From assembly GCA_030390025.1 (NCBI GenBank), contig CM059432.1, positions 128,590,001 to 128,654,000 on the forward strand: a DNA stretch of 64,000 nucleotides, written 5' to 3'. The DNA comes from Squalus acanthias (Eukaryota). Positions 47,880-60,500 of the stretch are shown piece by piece (within the stretch, counting starts at the first letter, position 1; every line of letters begins with the position of its first letter). A model generated the notes under the pieces. It had not been told where the DNA came from, searched no databases, and saw only the letters and a list, made by a program, of their open reading frames with translations. Position numbers and translations under genes: made by a program.

Positions 47880-50800
47880 CTCAATCTAAGCTCTAGGTTC
47901 ACTGCCACAGCTGCAGAAGTGCTGCTGGATGAAGCCAGTCAGGTAGAGGAGGAAAGCCCTGTGTGGAAGAGAGTGAGGTAGGCCCCCAAGGAAAGCTGCT
48001 CAGGGGCAGTGGAAAGAGTTGGCAGGGCAGTCAGTCCAAACACCAACAGCCCATGCGCAGCAACTCAGTGCCAGAGAAATTTTAACGACTTTATCAGGTC
48101 CACCAAGGCAGAAGGAGCCAGCCTTACCTTCCAGCAATGCACAGTACTAAGCATGTCCACCACTTACAGTTGTAGGATCCATTCCTCCCCCACAATGGTA
48201 AAAATTGGACTATGAAATATAAAAACCCAGAACTGCAGAGCCCACAAAAAGGGCTCGGCAATAAAGGGTTAATTCAAACATTGCAGCCGAAACTACGACT
48301 GGATCACAGACAATCTAAAATACGAATGCTTCTGAACAAGAACATTCGCATATTCATTTACCTTAAGGGGTTACATTGTTAAAGAAGACCATGGCCCCCG
48401 AATAACTAGTATCAGTGCAGGCCTAGACAATGGGCCGGGCCTTGAACCATTTGAACACGAATGCTAACAGAAACCAACAACTTCGCATATGCAGTCACCT
48501 TGGGAAGGTTGCATTGTCAGAAAGGTATCTCTAATCAATGGACAATACGAGGGACAATTCACACATTTTGATATATGGCCATCGTGTGCATAGGAGGGGC
48601 CAGGATATGTGTTTCAAGATTGCAAGTTGGTTTTGGTTTAAGTAAAAGATCACTTCGAAGACAGCGGTGTGGGAAGCCAACGGAAGAACAGGGAAACAGA
48701 AAGATTTGGGCCTACAATCAACTCCAAGAGACAGCCGATCGGGAGTGGTGATTGTATGTTTCAGTCAAATCATAGAGGGGGCTTTTGTGATTGAGTCTGA
48801 GTAAGTTTGTGAGTTTCAGTCAGATCACAATAAGGGTTTTGTGATTGAGTTTGGGTAACTTTATATGTAACAGTCAAATCGCGGACGGGTTTAACTGTGT
48901 CATATTGTGTCGATGCAAATGACCCTTGCATAGGGGTTTGTATTTTGGGGTTGTTGGTCTAGTATAAATCGTAGGGATTTATACTGGGGAAGTAATTGTG
49001 TGTGTGTGTTCAATAAACGAACGAATCAAAGGTTGAGCCAAAACCCTATGCCGTGTGTATTTTGTTCTTATAAATCCTGACGTCGAAGAGCTGTGTGTAA
49101 CGGGGGACCGGTATCGGAGAAAACCCCTTACACAGTGACCTCCTGTTTTCACTGAAATTCTGGTTGCCCATAAGCTGTGCATGCAGACAATGTTATTGAC
49201 CCGGTTTGGAATTTGTTTTTATCAGGTGGCATGAATGGGAGCTGGGCGCTCCTAGATGTGCATAGAGAAGAGCCTCTAGATGATGGCGTATTAAAGGTGG
49301 GAAGGGGGTAGATGTACGCAGGACTGTTAATGCAGTAGCCAGATGTAGTAGTCAAGCGTAGATCTTCTGTATCAGTGCCTTGCAGCCAGCAATGGGTTGT
49401 CTTCTGCATCCACCGAAGAATGCTACTACTCCTCTTCCTGATTCCCATGCTGCTCAAAGGAGCCTACTCCTCTGGGACTTCCACAGGGAGGCTATTATAT
49501 ACGGTGACATTGTGCAGCATTCAGCAAACTATCACAGCTCTTGAGACCCTTTGTATTGCAGCATGTCTATAGATTGAGCCAGGGACTGAATGGGCTGTAA
49601 CTAGCGTTATGGCAGCTTTAAAGTTGTCATGCATACAGACACTGGCGAGGTTGGAAATGGCTTTGATGAAGTGCCATAATTTGATATGGATAAAGAAGGG
49701 TCTGTGGATGGTGACATCATTCTGGTGGGAAGGGCAAAGATGTAGCCAGGATGATTCATGCAATGGCCAGATGTGATAGACAAGAGAAGGTCTCTCTTAT
49801 CAGATTGGCATGAATATCTCTTGTAGCTGGCAATGGGTTGTCCTCTGCTTCTTTAGGCTGCTGCTCTTCTTGTTGATGTCCTTGCTCCTAACTGAGACCT
49901 TTGGTGCCTGGGCCTCATGAGGAGGCCTCTTTGTAAATCAAAGCTGTGCAGCATGCAGCACATCGCCATGGTCCTTGAGATCCTTATCAGACTATACAGC
50001 AAGACAGCCCCAGATCAAGCCAGGCATCAGGAGCGTGCCTTCAATATGCCTATAGTTTTCCCTCTGATGACTTTGGTGGATGAATAGACTTGGTTATAGC
50101 TTACACCTGGTGTCCTAGGTAAACACACAGGTGTCATCAGCCAAGGCTGTGGATGATAGTCTCGATTTTCCAGAATCCATCTGAGGACTTGCCTTTCAAT
50201 GACAAAGAGTGCAGGCATGGTGGAATGCATTAAAGTGAAGGCATCATAGCACCATTCAGGGCAGTGAGCTTTCTTTGCCATTGTGATGTGCTGCTGGTTG
50301 CAAGCGAACTGGACATTGAGAGAGTGGAATCCTTTCTTGTTGATGTAGGTATAGGGCTAGCACAAGGGAGCATTAACCGCCACATGGGTGCAATCTATGA
50401 CTCTTTGGGCCTTGTGGAATTCTGCCACTCTGTAAAATTGCAGTCCCATGTCATGTTGCCATCGGTTTTCCATGAGGAAGGAGGTAAGATTACAAGCTCC
50501 AGAGAACAATGCTTCCGAGGAGTTGCTTAATGACCTGCGCACAGCAGTTTGGCTTATGTTACAGATGTCCCCAGTGGCAGCATGGATGACCCCATAGCAT
50601 AGAAATTAAGTGCAAGGATGACTTTAACAGTCACTGGCAAAGTGGTGCTTGTGGTGGTGGAGGTGGGCTATGGTTCCAGTTACAGCATGGGGGATAACTC
50701 AGTGATGGCTTCCTTTGGAACTGAGGCTGCCACTGGTGTTGCGCCTGAGTCCAATGCAGGTAGGAGTGACTCTACCTGTTTGCTCTGGTGTGGTGGTCCC

Positions 50801-50920
50801 AGCGGGTGCGATCAGCTTCCTCTGGTAGAACCTCACTAGCCTGCCGTCACTCGAATGCTCCTCTTCCTCTTCTTTCAAGAGGCAAAGATAGAGGGGAAAT
50901 CCCAACAGGGAAGCCAATGT
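47880..50920. mobile_element. Highly decayed two-gene Harbinger (Myb exon on + ~47890-48110; transposase on - ~49840-50920)
   Basis: TQCQRNFNDFIRSTK; minus-strand [29 protein letters not shown]. Confidence 0.7.
48171..49132 (+). mobile_element. Solo LTR (ERV or Gypsy type)
   Basis: TGTAGG...CCTTACA termini; CAGT TSD (48167-48170, 49133-49136); AATAAA at 49012; internal direct repeats 48760-48880. Confidence 0.8.
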
Positions 50921-51199
50921 TCAATGTCTGAAAGAGGGGAAATGGCGACTCCTTAGTAAACGACACATAGGCAGGTGACAAAATAGTTGGCAACAGCTAA
51001 AAATAAAAATGCAAATTGACTGAAAAATAAGCTTTTAACTGCACGTTAACACTGAATCTAGGCTTTTTCGATTCTCTTCCACCTTCTCCATGGTGCTTAG
51101 CAACCCTAGCCACCCATGTAAAATTGATGTGAATATGAGTCATTGCAAATGAGGCGGAAATGATGGGAAATGGGGCATAAGATGTCACTGTGCCCGCAT

Positions 51200-51720
51200 C
51201 GAACACGGCAGTCAAACAAGTGCATGCTGGCCCTCACCAATGGCTTGCACACTCTGAATGCCACCTTAAATAGGATTGATGAAACCCTAGCCTTGGCCAT
51301 TCAGTGCCCTACTGCTGTACAGCAAAGTGCTCTCCAGCTCCTTGCTAGCAGGGAAGTGCGAGTGGGCCATGAGAGGGAAGATGGAGAAAGGAGACATGGA
51401 AGTGGGGACTCTGCTCAAAGCGCTCCCACTGCTCCCCCGTTGCCCACCCTCCCCCTCAGTCAGAGCCCCACACGCTGCCTCGTGTCCCGATGGCTGAGTC
51501 TGCCCCTGCACAGGTGCAGCTGGAGCAGTCTTCAGCGGGGCCCTCACGGGTTCCAAAACCCAGAGGACGTCGGCCAAGAGCATCGCAGCAGCCAGAGCAG
51601 GGATCTGAGATCTGAGCAGCTTGCCTCAAACTCTGCTCAAGCCACTGGGGTTGCACCACGTAAGAGTAGCAGAAAAAGGAAGATCAAAGATTTGTAGTTG
51701 CACAAGGGTATGCATGTGAG
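51200..51720 (+). mobile_element. Fragment of Harbinger B-type Myb gene last exon
   Basis: LLASREVRVGHERED...GVAPRKSSRKRK; reverse complement of 25575-25960. Confidence 0.8.
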
Positions 51721-51779
51721 TGTGTCACAAAATTTTACATTGTTAAGTTTCTATTTAAATTTTGACCCACATAAATATT

Positions 51780-52547
51780 GGCCCAAAAATTCGGCCGTTC
51801 TTGGGTGAGTACTCAGTGCGTACTCACCCGTATTCATTCCCGAAGTGCCGGTTTCCTGCATGCACTGCGCATGCGCGGGAAACCGGCACTTCCGGTATGG
51901 CGAAGGGGGCGGTTCCTAGGTGAACCGCGTGCGCGGGAGAGGCTGCGCGCACACAGCACACTTAGGTTTTTTTTCAGGTTTCAACGCGAGGGTAAGTATG
52001 GAAGATTCTACGCAAGTAAAAGGGAGGCTTAAGACCCCTTTTGAACAAGGTAAGTAGTTAATTAAGTATAATTTAAATTTTTTTCAACAGGTTTATCTTT
52101 TTTAGAGACTTTAAAGAAAGGTAAGTTTATTTTTATAACTTTTAAAAAGTACAGTATTTTAATTTTTTCAAAAATTTTAATTTTTGTTTAAAGTGGTTAA
52201 TTTATTTAACTATAGTTATTTTACTAATGTGATGGTTTTAAAAAAAAATTATTTGAGGTTTAGCTGTTCTTTTGGGGCCGATTTCAATTCACAGATTTGA
52301 CAGGTCTCCTGTCAAATCTATGAATGAAAGATGGTCTGCTGCCATTGGCTCTCCATGGCCCACGTGATCCCAGGGGTCGCATCGCACTAACTGCGCCCCT
52401 GGAACACGCAAGCACTGCGCGCCGGCACTAGGGAGAGGCCCAGGACCCGAAGTTCCTGCGGGGGCAAACAAGGACGGCAGACGTGGTAGGTGATATCGCG
52501 CGTGATCCTTACCCCCGCGGCAAGCCTCCGAATCGAATTTCTAGGCC
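51780..52547. mobile_element. Harbinger-type MITE, inverted homolog of 11422-12165
   Basis: GGCCCAAAAATTCG / CGAATTTCTAGGCC; ATT TSD. Confidence 0.85.
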
Positions 52548-52929
52548 ATTATTTCTTTGCACCACTTTCCCGTCTTGGCCTTTTTTCCCTGCTGCCTGGC
52601 AAGTGGCCTTCTCTCTTGTGATGAATGGTGAGACAAGACTTAAATCCAAGCAATGGGTGTCTGTGAAAGGGATGCTTTGTTGATTGCAGGACTGCTTTGT
52701 GCTGGGGGGAAGGAGGAGCAGTGTGGCACAAGTGGGTTTAGCATGTGGCTGCCAGATGAGTGCACTGGTGCAACCTAACTAAATCTTGCCATTAAGAGGC
52801 CATCCCAGGCACCCCGGGCAGCAATGTGCGCCGCTGCTGGTGCAATGGCCACATGACATAGAAAGAGGCAGTGCGCTCTACGCCTTGCTCCTTCTGTTGC
52901 TCCAATCCTCGCTGCTGCACTATGTTGTG

Positions 52930-54722
52930 CACTCTCACCCCACCTCTGGAATTCAGCTCATTTGTCCATGTTTGGACCAAGGCTGTAATGAGGTCTGGAA
53001 CCGAGTGGTCCCGGCGGAACCGAAGTGTCGCTTGATAGCACTGTTGACGACACCTTCCATCACTTTGCTGATTTTTGAAAGTAGACTGATGGGGCGGTAA
53101 TTGGCCGGATTGGATTTGTCCTGCTTTCTGTGGATAGGACATACCTGGGCAGTTTTCCACTTTGTCGGGTAGATGCCAGTGTTGTAGCTGTACTGGAACA
53201 GCTTGGCTAGAGGCACAGCTAGTTCTGGAGCACAAGTCTTCAGCACGATAGCCGGGATGTTGTCAGGGCCCATAGCTTTTACTGTATCCAGTGCGCTCAG
53301 CTGTTTCTTGATATCACGTGGAGTGAATCGAATTGGCTGAAGACTGGCTTCTGTGTTGGTGGGGACCTCAGGAGGAGGCTGCTATGAATCATCCACTAAG
53401 CACTTCTTGCTGAAGATGGATGCAAATGCTTCAGCCTTGTCTTTTGCGTTTGCATGCTGGGCACCACCATCATTGAGGACAGGGATGTTCATGGAGACTC
53501 CTCCTCCCGTTAGTTGTTTAATTGTCCACCACCATTCACAACTGGATGTGTCAGGACTGTAGAGCTTTGGTCTGATCCGTTGGTTGTGAGATCACTTAGC
53601 CCTGTCTATAGCATGCTGCTTCCGCTGTTTAGCATGCATTGTAGCTTCCCCAGGTTGGCACCTCATTTTTAGGTATGCCTGGTGCTGCTCCTGGCATGCA
53701 CTCTTCATTGAACCAGGGTTGGTCCCCTGGCTTGATTGTAATGGTAGAGTGAGGGATGTGCCGGGCCATGAGGTTACAGATTGTGGTGGAATACAATTCT
53801 GCTGCTGATGGCCCACAGCGCCTCATGGATGCCCAGTTTTGATCTGCTAGATCTGACTCTATCCCATTTAGCACAGTGGTAGTGCCACACAACACGATGG
53901 AGGGAGTCCTCAGTGTGAAGACGGGACTTCATCTCAGTGCTACCTCCAAGTGGTGTTCAACATGGAAGAGTACTGATTCATCAACTGAGGGAGGGTGGTA
54001 GGTGGTAATCAGCAGGAGGTTTCCTTGCCCATGCTTGACCTGAAGCCATGAGACTTCATGGGGTCCGGAGTCAATGTTGAGGACTCCCAGGGCCATTCCC
54101 TCCTGACTGTATACCACTGTGCCACCACCTCTGGTGGGTCTGTCCTGTTGGTGGGACAGCACATACCCAGGGATGGTGATGGAGGAGTCTGGGACATTGG
54201 CTAAAATGTATGATTCTGTGAGTATGACTATGTCAGGCTGTTGCTTGACTAGTCTGTGGGACAGTTCTCCCAATTTTGGCACAAGTCCCCAGATGTTGGT
54301 GAGGAGGATTTATGCAGGGTTGACTGGGCGTGCTATTGTCATGTCTGAAGCTGGTGCTTAGGTCCGGTTTTATTCTTATTATTGTTTTTTGTAGCGGATG
54401 CGTACAATTGAGTGGCTTACTAGGCCATTTCAGAGGGCAGTTAAGAATCAACCACATTGCTGTGGGTCTGGAGTCACATATAGGCCAGACCAGGTAAGGA
54501 CGGCAGATTTCCTTCCACTAAAGGGCATTAGATGGGTTTTTATGACAATCCAATAGCTCCATAATCACCATTACTGATACTAACTTTTTATTCCAGATTT
54601 ATTTAATTAACTGAATTTAAATTCCCCAGCTGCCATGGATGAGATTTGAACTCACGTCTCCAGATCATTAGTCCAGGCCTTTGGATTACTCATCCAGTAA
54701 CATAACCACTATGCTACCGTAC
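52930..54722 (-). mobile_element. tRNA-headed LINE, 5' half (head, endonuclease, start of RT), with internal deletions and missing 3' part
   Basis: A box TAGCATAGTGG (54706-54716) and B box GAGTTCAAATC (54643-54653); then PDIVILTESY, RGGGT, GPDNIP, NYRPISLLS. Confidence 0.9.
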
Positions 54723-55666
54723 ACGCAGTAGTGGAAATCACCTCCAAAGTAGTGGAAAGTACTGAAAGCAAACTCTCAGAACAAGTGCTGTGAGCAAAAG
54801 CCTTTCACTTAGGCAAGGAAGCAGGTGTGAAGTCTCAGTACTTATGGGATTTTTTTGCCTGTCATTTGTTCAGCTCCCTCAATTGTCGCTGTGTTCTCAC
54901 CTTGCTTTCACTGGCGAGGTTCACGAAGCCCGGGAAACCCATGCAGCCACAGTTAAAATTGAAAACCCCTGTTAAAAATGCTGTTAATGACCTCTTAACA
55001 TATTTAAATTGGCAACCCGCCTCTCACGAGGGGGTTTCTTGCACGCAGCCAAACACACTCCAGTTAAATGCGGAAGTTGCCGGGTTGAAGCCGGCTTCCC
55101 GACGCGCTGTCAATTTCAGCACTTTTAACCTCCCAAACCCACTTGCTCTTTGCAGTAAAATTTCCCCCTCGATGTCCCATTTGAGGATAAAACAAAATTG
55201 GTACTGTTCCAGTCATTAATGTACTTTCAAATATATTTTTAATAATGAAGTGTAGTATTAGTTATGTTTTGGAGTTATCCTGTGCCTGATTCACAATCAG
55301 AGTTTGTGTCTTCTGTTACAGTTGCTATCTGTTGCTAAATTGGCCACTGATCTTTTTCCAGGTTGCCCCATATCATATGATTGAAAAGTTTAAAAAAAAA
55401 ACAAATTTCTGATGCTGGACCAGGGGTATAATTATGGTGAGAAGACAACTGACTTAGAGAGAAGCAATACCATGTTTTACTGGTGAATAACAATCCCATA
55501 TATATATTACAAGTTGTTACGCCCCAACATTCATGGATTGATGTTTGCTTGTATAGGAAAACTATAGTTCTCTGCATTACTTGAGCTCTGTACTACTTAG
55601 GGTTCAAATATGTTTTGAACGTCATTTTTAATACACATCCCTACATTGAAAATTACAAAAGACTGA

Positions 55667-56563
55667 GGGGGAGAAATTCGGTATCGTCCCGTTTGGGGCG
55701 CAATTATCGGCCGGGCACAAAGTTTAGCGCCTGCCGCTAATTATCGCCTCCGACTGCAAACTTGGCTTCTATCGCCCCTGGAGGTGACTGGAGCGCTAAA
55801 TCAGGCGCTACACACCTCTCTTAAGGCGCTAACGTCGAGGAGCGAGGCACTACCTCAGAGCGCTGGTGAAGCTCATGTGATGTCAGTCAGCAATGGAACA
55901 CAGACACATTGGCGCCGGCCAGTTCTTAAAGGGGAGGGTCGATCTTGCTCTCCATCCACACCCTGCTCATTGCAGCCTTGAATCTCGGCCTGGAGAGACC
56001 TGTACATCAATTCTGCTGGAAAGAACAATGGAGAGACGCAAGGAAAGAGCTCAGAGTTCAGCCCCCAATAGTCTCTTCTAAATCGATGCCAGGAAGGTCA
56101 AATCAAAATGAACCTGCAAAGTGCTGCTCAGTACCCAAAACTCCTTCACACAGCGTTGAATCTCTCCAGAAGTCTCTCTCTCTCTCTCTCTCAGAATGCG
56201 TGGTGCAAAAATGTCGCCGACAAAAAAAGTCAGGAAGCGGTTGCCTTTAAATAGCGCTCCCCCAGTCTCGTCCCGACAGCAAAACGCTCCCCTCAACCTG
56301 TCATTGCTAGCGGCAGGCGGTAAGGCAGGGGGTGCCACTCAATATCCGGTCTGGGGTGCTACCGGGGCGTTGCACGCTCGACTGACGTCACGATCTGCGG
56401 GCGCAGGAGATCGTGGTGGTAGTGTTTAGCGCCGCCGCAAAATGTCGGGTGAATTTCGCGAGCGTCGCAAACATCGCCGCGCCCGGGCGCTAGTTGCTTT
56501 GCGCCCCATTAGCGCCCTCTTAGGGCGCTAATGGGAGGCGCAAAGCAACCGAATTTTTCCCCC
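55667..56563. mobile_element. GC-rich Harbinger-type MITE
   Basis: TIRs GGGGGAGAAATTCGG / CCGAATTTTTCCCCC; TGA TSD. Confidence 0.88.
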
Positions 56564-57953
56564 TGAGTACTTAAACGGTTTCTATGAATTATTCGTCCTA
56601 ATTTCAATATTCAATGTCAATTAGCAGTATTCTGTTCTACTGTACACAAGAGCTTCTAATCCCTTTCATTGCATTTGTGTTGTATCTGGCAATAGATAAC
56701 GTAGCCTGATGTGAGCTTCTAATCAATTAGCACCAGAGTACATTGATCCTGACCCACTGTTCTTCTGTGCTCCTGCGAAAATTTCTGAAGAATAGATCCC
56801 CGCAGCTTCTCTTGCTTTGAAATGAATAACCTCCTGTTATTCCCAATGACAAGCCCATGCATTAGCACTGCTTTCAGTGCAGTATCGATCACAAAATGTC
56901 CTCTGAGAATATCTGTGAGATTTTGCTTACAATAAGGATTTTTTTTTAAACTAGACTGTTTCTACACCTACGGAATTACAATTCAGTCTGAATCAGGTAA
57001 GGGCTCAAATCTAGAGCAGAATTTATGCATGACAAAGATTTCAAATGGCATGACTTTGAGTTCTGCATCTATGGCGTTAAGCATATAACAACTTGACTGG
57101 ATGACAAAAATGGTAAAATAACTTGAAAAACAAAAGGGTTGTATGCACAATTTAAAGCCACAAAAATACATTTTGCTGTTTAACTCGGAAGTGGTCTTCT
57201 GAGACTGGGATATGCTGGCAACTGGACAGGGAGGAGCTCAGCACTGAGACAGCCTTGATTCACGCCCTCCTAGCTGAGCTAAAGTTGCTGTGACTGGGTA
57301 TCAAATATTAAACACTCCATTAATCAACCTTATCATTCTCTAGCAAAAGGTTCCTTAAAAAACTAGGGCTGCATTTATCTCTGTTCTCTAATTTTAGTAG
57401 AATATTGGGCATGAGTAATGAGTGGTGGTATGCGGGTAGAAAATAACAATGGACTACTCATCTGTGTTTAGTTCTGCTCTGAAGAGTCCACCTCTCCAAA
57501 AATGACACTGAGCACGAGTGAGAGTTCAGAAACGAGCCAGAGCCTGACATTCTGATGGCGCCGTTGCACCGCTGGACATGAGGCATGATGAGACTTCTGA
57601 CTGCCATGACCCCGCTGTAAGTTCAGGGGTCAACTAATTTATCTATACAGCTCCGTGCAGGTTGCCTAAATCCAGCTGGAGGAGAGGCAGAGACCTGGTG
57701 CAGCAGAAGGATATAAAACCTGCTGCTGCTTAAAGGGGAAATGGTAGCACTAGAGGAAGCAGGCAACCTGGATGAGAAGGATGACAGCCAAATCAAAGCA
57801 ACGAGGGGCAAACGTAAGGGAACCTGACCCGCATGCTCTCCTAACTGATATACAAAGAGGGAGGGATGGATTGTTTGGGGTCGGGGGGCCAAAGAGCCAT
57901 CTATGTGAGAGCCATTTTGTGGAGGGGTGGGGAGGTTAGCTGTGGAACCCTAG

Positions 57954-58681
57954 GGGGGCTAAATTTGGTTGATCTGCACCTCCCATTAGCGCCCTAAGGG
58001 CGCTAACGGGGCACAAATCAACTAGCGCCTGGGCGGAGCACCGCTAACGCCTCCCGCGATATTCAGCAGGAGGTTAGCGGCAGCGCTAACCGTTAGCGCC
58101 ATGCGGCGCTGCACTGCCGGTGATGTCATCATCGCCGTGCGCAGCGCCCCGCTTGCGCCCCAGCTGTAATATTGGGTGGCACCCCCCGACTTACCGCCGG
58201 TCGCTATGTCCACCGGGGTCAGGGGGGCCTACCTGCAGCCGGGGCGGCGATAGTTAAAGGGGAGGTGGCGGGCGGCCATTTTTGTTGCTGGCCGCCTGCC
58301 AGCACCTGCCCCCATTGCTGTCCCCGGCCCCTGTGAAGCCCCCCCCACGGGGTGCCGGCTGCTCTCCATGAGCCCGGCACTCCTCTTGAGTGCCAGGCTC
58401 GTTTGCCGGCACTCCCGATCCCTGGCCCAGCTGGGTGCCGGGACGTGCTGCGCCAGGCCCCTCCCCTTTAATAAGGGGAGGAAGGCCTGCAGTACCGCGG
58501 CACGTAGCGCCGCGATATTGGCTCACAGCGCCCCAAGAGGGACACAGGGCGCTTCCAGTAGCACCCCTCCTCCCTCTTGGGGCGCTACCTGGGACAATCG
58601 GCTGCAGGGGCGCTAACTTTTTCAGGGCACTAAAATTAGCGCCCCGGCGAAGGTAGCATGACGCTACCCAATTTTTACCCC
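57954..58681. mobile_element. GC-rich Harbinger-type MITE, possibly inserted in a decayed Myb-like remnant
   Basis: GGGGGCTAAATTTGG / CCAATTTTTACCCC; TAG TSD; homologous to 34931-35655. Confidence 0.85.
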
Positions 58682-59071
58682 TAGGACTTCTTTGCAATCC
58701 AGGAAGAGGTTCAATGTCCACCAGTGCAGTCAGGGTAAGCTACTTGCTCACCTGACCCTTCCTTGCAGCCTGTGTGGCACTCCTTCCTTCAGAGGAGTCA
58801 GAGATGAGAGTGAGATCTGACAGTGGGGAGAGGAGAAGCTACAGAAATCAACCCCCGGCTCCCGTGCCTGTGGACTCTGACCTCTGGGGTCCTGCTCTAA
58901 AAAGAAGGATACGGGATGAACCTCACAGTCACATGGAGGCACTAATGGCCATCTTAATGGGGCTGGGGCAGATTGCAGGGGTCATGGTGGAGTCAAATGT
59001 CAATGTCCGAAAAGCATTCAATTCAATGCATCGCTGCCTGCAGCAGGTGGTGGCAGCATGATCTACATCTA

Positions 59072-59525
59072 CCTGTGGCTCAGTGGGTAGCACTCTCTGC
59101 CTCTGAGTCCGAAGGTTGTGGGTTCAAGTCCCACTCTAGATACTTGAGCACAAAATCTAGGCTGACACTCCAGTGCAGTACTGAGGGTGGGCTGCACCAT
59201 CTTTCGGATGAGATGTTAAACTGAGGCCCTGTCTGCTCTCTCAGGTGGATGTAAAAGATCCCATGGCACTATTCAAAGAAGAGCAGGGGAGTTCTCCCCT
59301 GGTGTCCTGGCCAATATTTATCTCTCAATCAACATCACTAAAACAGATTACCTGATCATTATCACATTGCTGTTTGTGGGACCTTGCTGTGTTCAAAATT
59401 GGCTGCTGTGTTTCCTACATTACAACAGTGACTACACTTCAAAAAGTACTTCATTGGCTGTAAAGTGCTTTGCGATGCCGTGAGGTCCTGAAAGATGCTA
59501 CATGAATGAAAGTCTTTCTTTTTTT
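59072..59525 (+). mobile_element. SacSINE1-like DeuSINE, full length
   Basis: A box TGGCTCAGTGG (59076), B box GGTTCAAGTCC (59121); Deu core; reverse complement of 17910-18345. Confidence 0.85.
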
Positions 59526-60344
59526 TCTGACAGAGGCCTTCGATTAGTTAGTGCATCCAAAGCGAGTGACTATTTGGAAAGACCTATGGAACTGCCTTCT
59601 GAGTGCTTTGGGGCACCACCTCTCGGTGTTTGCTGGATCTAACAAATACCATCAGGTCACCCCTCCTGCTGATCAGTGGGCCCTCAAATCCAGGACCCAG
59701 CACAAGTGCATGCCTAGACTTCCCCTTCAATGCCATCCTCTATGCTGATGATAAATCATGTGACTATTCCAGCCAGCCTTTTGACGAGTCCTCCCTGGCT
59801 TCCAAAGCCCTGAGAACAGGACCACCTCGGTCACAAATGACTCATCATACCACCGCCCACCATGCATTACTGGAGACCCTGGCCCTCAGGTAACCAGCAT
59901 CAGGATAGGTTTAAGAACAGTGCAGAGAGTCACCGGGGTAGGGAAGCTGCTGTTGTGAATATATATGTGCGCAGTAAAAACCACTTTGTGATATGAAATC
60001 CAGTGTTGTGAAGTATGTCTAGCTTTTGTATTTGAGAGGTTTGGAGGTCAGTTTGCAAAAGGACATGCAATTCCTTCTATGTCTCCCGTGCGGTACATCC
60101 ATCTAACATGGGAGTTATCTGCTATTGTGGTGACTGCTGAGTGTCTGAGGTGTCCGTTGATTGTTATTTAGAAACAAAGTTGTATTGTTATATTTATTGT
60201 TTTTTCATGTGTTTTTTGGAGGGTATAAACCCTACAATCAGCGGCATACAGCCTCAGTTTTCTCCCCATTATTGTCAGGTCCAGTTCCTCTGCTTCCAAC
60301 CTCCACCAATGCCGTTGTTGTCCAGCCAGCAGTAGATGCGTAAT

Positions 60345-60500
60345 ACAGGGTCAGTAGATAGCAGTCAGGAGTGGCAACCCTTGCTGATTTTTCTGCCCCT
60401 CATTATCTTAGGGCACCGAGGCTCCAGTTGCCAGGCTGGCTAAGATCAGCTGGGTCAGCACGGACAGAGGATTGAACCTGGAAATTCTCGTCTATATTGA
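60345..60500 (-). mobile_element. LF-SINE-like 5' fragment
   Basis: Minus strand CCAGGTTCAATCCTCTGTCCGTGCTGACCCAGCTGATCTTAGC...AAAAATCAGCAAGGGTTGCCACTCCTGA. Confidence 0.7.
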
